The notes beneath the pieces are model-generated. The model saw nothing but the letters and a program-made list of their open reading frames with translations, ran no database searches and had not been told where the DNA came from. A DNA stretch of 64,000 bases from contig OZ076409.1 of assembly GCA_964187785.1 (NCBI GenBank), positions 52,888,001-52,952,000 on the forward strand, read 5' to 3'. Shown here piece after piece: positions 62,601-64,000 of this stretch. The position numbers were made by a program, and so were the translations under genes. Source of the stretch: Amphiscolops sp. MND2022. Lineage: Eukaryota. Within the stretch, counting starts at the first letter, position 1; each line of letters starts with the position of its first letter.

Positions 62601-63545
62601 ACTGCGAGGGGTTTTGATGAAAATAAATGGGAAAAAGTCGCATGGAATAAACGCCGGTCTTGAAAAAAAAACAAAGTTCGGGCATAGCGTGCTGAGAAAA
62701 CCTAATTTTAGGACAAAAAAATCATTTAGAAAATTTCACTAAGTTAAAAATTGTAAAAGGGTGGCTTTGGGCTCCTTGAAAATCCAATCTGATGCGAAAT
62801 ATCAAAAAATTGAAGGGGCTTATAAAATCTATCACTTCGTCGGTCTTAAAAAAGCCACTACTATAGTCTGTTCTTTCTACGAACGCGCCGACTAAAAGTC
62901 TGCTTGCGAAACTGTGATTCCTTTCTACACCTGAGGCTCTCGTAGTGATGAACAAAAATATCACAGGTAAACGTGACATTCGATTGACACTGATTGTTTC
63001 ACGTTGCCTTGTCGAAACTGCTGGAGTTATCAATTGACAACCTTGAGCATGAACGTTTCGATATCTTTGAAGCCTGACCGAAGCCGTCAATTTTCGAGTT
63101 TATTAGTCAAGCATCAAACAGTTTAAAACTTTTATGCCTAATATTTCCATTTCACAATATTTTCATTTCACATAAAAGGGTCTCTCCAAAGTCTCATGCA
63201 TTTGACATTAAATTGGTATTGGTGGAACTCTCAATACTCCGTTTCAAAAGCAAACACTGGCATTTCCTGAAAGTTTAGCTATACATCGCTTTCAAGTTGA
63301 GCAATAAAAAGTGACAAACTTTTTCAAAGTCAGCTATTCGTTTCAGTAATTCGTTTTTCAGGTTCAGCTCCACTCCATGAATGTGTCGTTTCACAGCATC
63401 CTCGCTTCTAAGGATTCTCTCATTGTTTTCAATTCGTTCTCTCTCAAAAGCCTGATTGGTCGCCGACGACATTTTGGCCAACTCGTGTCGCAGGTCTTCG
63501 ATCATTCGTGCTTGCTCTGACACTTGAGCTTGGTGTTCTCCCATT
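26680..63545 (-). CDS. Host multi-exon coiled-coil protein gene, 3' part (7 exons, about 445 aa visible; 5' end beyond window)
   Basis: Exons 63320-63545, 59367-59495, 57067-57318, 52809-53069, 31381-31457, 28562-28769 and 26680-26868. All junctions are GT-AG with matching phases (0,0,0,0,2,0) and no internal stops. The protein is E/K/L/Q heptad-rich and ends ...PTREPEDES*. Confidence 0.88.
27935..28398 (-). mobile_element. HINE-like repeat copy in host intron
   Basis: AAGTCGGCGC at about 27947 and AAAGCGCCGACTAAAA at about 28383, the reverse arrangement of the 24022 copy. Confidence 0.5.
29862..30125 (-). repeat. HINE-like repeat fragment, also matching the flank of element A (12290-12556, 14716-15000)
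   Basis: Shared block CTCTTTCGAATAAATTCTCAATTTC...GAAGGGGAGGG and the AAGTCGGCGCC subterminal motif. Confidence 0.6.
32777..34986 (-). repeat. 3' LTR of B (2210 bp)
   Basis: Direct repeat of 46861-49071 with roughly 20 substitutions and one indel counted by eye. Preceded on the minus strand by PPT-like AAGAGGGGCCC. Confidence 0.97.
34882..35707 (-). pseudogene. Element B sense accessory ORF (frameshifted; VIDISSDEE, PKKKRR NLS-like, GRGRG motifs) running through the PPT into the 3' LTR
   Basis: ORFs 35411..35707 and 34882..35304 are separated by a G10 run and short shifts. Same position as the A ORF at 8558-9625. Confidence 0.65.
36319..40351 (+). pseudogene. Element B antisense 8-exon accessory gene, about 1070 aa: low-complexity N-terminus, C2H2 zinc finger, hAT-transposase-like body, K/S-rich tail
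   Basis: Exons 36319-36445, 36556-36861, 36915-37040, 37176-37298, 37414-37991, 38115-38735, 38851-38932 and 39103-40351, all GT-AG and in phase. Lesions are TAA 37419, TAG 38241 and one frameshift near 39930. Finger FHCRVC...HFRSDAH. Confidence 0.82.
40542..45839 (-). CDS. pol: Element B pol (protease, dUTPase-like spacer, RT, RNase H, integrase), entered by -1 frameshift
   Basis: 1714-aa ORF open upstream to the slip site. Motifs LVDSGA, LRLLVDLRKIN, NVDD, MTDASF, HPGITKM..CQDC, DDE and WTGPY. Confidence 0.97.
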   Translation of the reverse strand, partial: KKLKSPRLRFGDKVDARAYTIEDPPNRYEENFFTECNEEPSQDWQRRWNVGMILRHNARHPDDPTPLPQWITESPDNYATLKRPLPESKTERIYIYDRDYRCDPWDEPTIYDTNKLSFKIQVSNSQAQSTEIMDLPSPPSPILKRTTPSPTVPVTITSTPIDAENIICVEDKTIWAHQEKRKRENADPSVTPPKTAPVTTLMNDDVEITECPSKLPEDLDTIKEFIQHDKDDDYFPLMSSIALKKKKRMLFLPVEFNTVKIDALVDSGAYINAISERDAEKLRQHASQCIVNKAPPPPFKVQYANAELEQPLATYTLRFKIGDYTFEETFIIMNQTSFPIIGLAFLRKHAAILDTAQGTIDFPKIQITMALTDERQKCNPKPITIKTEAKHTIPAHSTRIIYATIPVSIEHSITGTIQPLPQFDECAKVIVAPAITTARDKKIPIKIANTTDFPYTIATNNKMAELQILKPEETKMSRPVDIAALNLLTDHVDAVTYINALMQVERPDDNEEKFWFPTPEHPGNEQEHSPIQMRILKELRDLAELEKLDPTENEESRNKFLSMLKWTDSQIANKDRENLEDTIVEFNDIFARYRLDIGMNTQFKVSLTPQDDKPVYTQSLPVPINLKEDLTVELALMHRYGIITTLPFSKYASPIFAQRKPNGKLRLLVDLRKINALIADDYFNNNHPVSTLSDAAQHLAGKKLFCKLDGSQAYHCLQMADQRSVELLAFNFASRTFAYRRLAQGLSRALSAFSSFMREYLDSGIKADQCAHNVDDIGIAANTTEQLIQNIRAVFKCIRKAGLKLTIEKCHFGVTQIEFLGRTITPDGVAPQDQKVKNFFTKVRFPKSKKQVQKYIGFVNYYRNYIPRLSEKLIGMYELLKAETKIRISEELVDNFKEINVSLAEACGLALRQPIAGKQYVLMTDASFRASGYALMIEENDERKILSKRKTFAPVAFGSRVFSPAQLKMSIYCKEFLAIYHAFLEYSHILWETTIPTLVLTDNRSVTRFFQTKTTPPALWNACDYVLQFKFRIMHVAGSQNTAADFLSRLELTPKEKVQLKLRNDILTSPIEVNLQSSDVADEEQLFFLPDEEDESEQEIFARKAFSKRRALDEHERELSTKVTEVIKIPLNSAVYSFCAIKENARIRNEQDADPLLKALKQRISHEEYDKHLLKTEPRGRNLLRHEERIIMKDGVLMRKYYGEDGTVTHNQIIIPKHLVPELLSTLHGKTNKHPGITKMIQECRAKYYFPGLARKIRAWVTSCQDCIANKRIDTRQIRPKMLSNTEFTMGPEDCLEVDILPNLPSSNGYQHIITMMDVFSRYLFAYPTQDMTAKTVARCIIDVMTRHCYLPTVILTDKGSQFRSEVVNQIAQTLDIRINHASTKHAQTIGILERTHASLETSLKISTGERRSMWHKYVQIAVMNYNTSYHESLGCEPTTVFHGRIPYNILDIKLGLKPNWEKDSNEELTDQLQKQIAEIHQAAKENLMQSYLKHKQYYDKKATTTPLKVNDYCYVLNPKADNQSMKFAFKDCIWTGPYIVIKVLSNNNYVVRRTGTRYTQTLHRIRLRLYAPNQRVPDVTVRREDYLPDPEVKTTHNDWYAQAWETEFGGVLFGNNTENTTEEATVAEITDTTENDEITAENDVVKTITNEITAENDVVKTTTSEDITENDVAQTATNENSAEGKTPSDNITSFNLDVSDNPYIFTPPPIESPPKTPELPPIVIGYNPRKVGRYNLRPNPRPNVNPDFRILDSVTTGELRSAQD
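45790..45839 (-). promoter_or_regulatory. -1 ribosomal frameshift signal A_AAA_AAC plus downstream stem-loop
   Basis: Heptamer 45833-45839 lies directly before the gag TGA. The -1 frame is open into pol, and CGCGCCTAC / GTAGACGCG can pair downstream. Confidence 0.8.
45830..47239 (-). CDS. gag: Element B gag (469 aa), starting inside the 5' LTR
   Basis: LPVFDGK capsid-like region and CFHCGKYGHYKAQC and CVTCGKMHKTENC knuckles. Confidence 0.95.
   Translation of the reverse strand: MTTRSQKRKAVAELVSGDFETSITENFPPETLAASSSKIPMIEPENLAEIKTSLRKDIMSDLTKILAENQKEMLKLIAPLNKKQTVYMNAQDSDSEPENVSVARTSTPVKIHTATNSKTTPVNSRNMVTGVLNDSTNQPTKRSKQQRASNEQTKDRPSTSKILFAPQPQTFPSTNLLPMPKALTASLPVFDGKFEKFELFEDLFRNNIKMYPHLTEIQKINYFHSLLRGNALQAYCNLDDTKKDNLEEVITAFKRRFGDFQSSAKARCEWDALHFDPTKQKLHEFLDALQKTAKEAFGSEAQKFIDKAIYAKMPDHVKKILNRAYLEDKPYNDIVLHIEREMRLNGLGAPDETTLVPLNTVDAAVADDKKDKQQRGYCFHCGKYGHYKAQCRRLRKDRYYATKTSTTDTKPTDTAKPKCVTCGKMHKTENCWDGANAANDPRKRKREFTIPTNKIDEQPVPTTSYQAKN
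46845..46860 (-). promoter_or_regulatory. Primer-binding site of B (TGGTGACAGGAG...)
   Basis: TGG directly follows the LTR-terminal CA. The cognate tRNA was not identified. Confidence 0.75.
46861..49071 (-). repeat. 5' LTR of B (2211 bp)
   Basis: Direct repeat of 32777-34986, followed by the PBS. Confidence 0.97.
54907..56399 (-). mobile_element. Degenerate hAT DNA transposon in host intron
   Basis: 12-bp TIR CAGGGCTGTTCA / TGAACAGCCCTG, 8-bp TSD GACCGAAC / GACCAAAC, and transposase relics KFGIIIDGW and VPYTSNVAERF (dimerisation motif). Confidence 0.88.
58348..58408 (+). pseudogene. tRNA-derived fragment (pseudogene or SINE head)
   Basis: A-box TAGCTCAGTGGT and B-box-like GAGTTCGATAC. The stems are degenerate. 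Confidence 0.45.
58997..59247. mobile_element. MITE with CCCAGCGTTC termini, 2-bp TSD AA, internal CAAGAT/ATCTTG repeats
   Basis: About 28-bp imperfect TIRs, with AA on both sides. Confidence 0.75.
59999..60809. mobile_element. MITE with CCCTGGT termini, long CTTGCAAG subterminal arrays, 2-bp TSD GT
   Basis: About 45-bp imperfect TIRs, with GT at 59997-59998 and 60810-60811. Confidence 0.8.
61670..62032 (+). mobile_element. HINE-like repeat copy carrying a tRNA B-box-like segment (GGTTCGAATCCC)
   Basis: Same termini as 24022-24522 with a different interior. Confidence 0.6.
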
Positions 63546-63661
63546 CTAAAGTTTAAAACCAAGTGAACTTTACACCAAGTGAAAATATAAACATATGGGA
63601 TTTTTAGTCAAAATGCAAAGGAATGCTCTGCACTCATTTGCCCATCAGAACATCTACCTCC

Positions 63662-64000
63662 TGTAAGGACTAATGTCCCTGTTGTCTCTTAGGTCAACTG
63701 CAGACCGTCAATCATTTTTTGCAATTCTAGATTTGAGCCCATTGTTCCCCTCAGTGTTCTCCTGACTATTAGGGGGCGAACTGACCTCAGTGTCTCGATT
63801 TCATGAAGATGACATTGAACTAACTATGTTCTGAATCTCTGGAATTACTCTTTCAGCTATGGCCGTGTTGGTCGCTATATTTATTTGATTATGCATCATA
63901 TACATCATTGAGTCTTTTTCCTGAAAGAGTTTCATGTTGAATTCACTAGTGAGAGTTTCCATTGTTTCTTGAAACCTATCTCGCCTGGGGATCATGTTTT
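63662..64000 (-). mobile_element. End of another large LTR (third family) containing a degenerate gag-N-like frame; continues off-window
   Basis: The frame of ORF 63801..63995 continues through two stops to ...CCT TAC A at a TGT/ACA-type end at 63662, in the same phase as A and B. Confidence 0.5.

Noticed and set aside
63648..63666. GAACATCTACCT(T)CCTGTAA shared with 22541-22560
   Set aside because: A single ~19-nt match with no extension. It could be chance or a tiny relic and is not interpretable.

Overview
Eukaryotic, AT-rich, probably invertebrate genomic DNA dominated by Ty3/Gypsy LTR retrotransposons. (A) 1-11113 is the 3' half of a large Gypsy element on +, and its 3' end is tandemly duplicated out to about 14960. 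(C) 15749-23136 is a decayed short-LTR Gypsy with internal duplications. A minus-strand host coiled-coil gene has 7 in-phase exons at 26680-63545, and its 5' end lies off-window. Its 21-kb intron holds a short-LTR Gypsy (D, 31800-52357), and a young full-length 16.3-kb Gypsy (B, 32777-49071, 2.2-kb LTRs, CCGAC TSD) has inserted into D. Other introns hold a hAT DNA transposon relic, CCC...GGG MITEs and DINE-1/HINE-like repeats. The main discovery is that two diverged large elements, A and B, share a complex accessory architecture between pol and the 3' LTR. The first part is an antisense, multi-intron gene of about 1000 aa with a C2H2 zinc finger and an apparently catalytically dead hAT-transposase-like body; three intron positions and an 82-nt exon are conserved between A and B. 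The second part is a divergently transcribed sense ORF with a SUMO-interacting-like VIDISS motif that runs through the PPT into the LTR. In addition, gag starts inside the LTR, and each element has its own arrays of short phased DNA motifs. All calls were made by eye; family assignments need HMM or structure confirmation.
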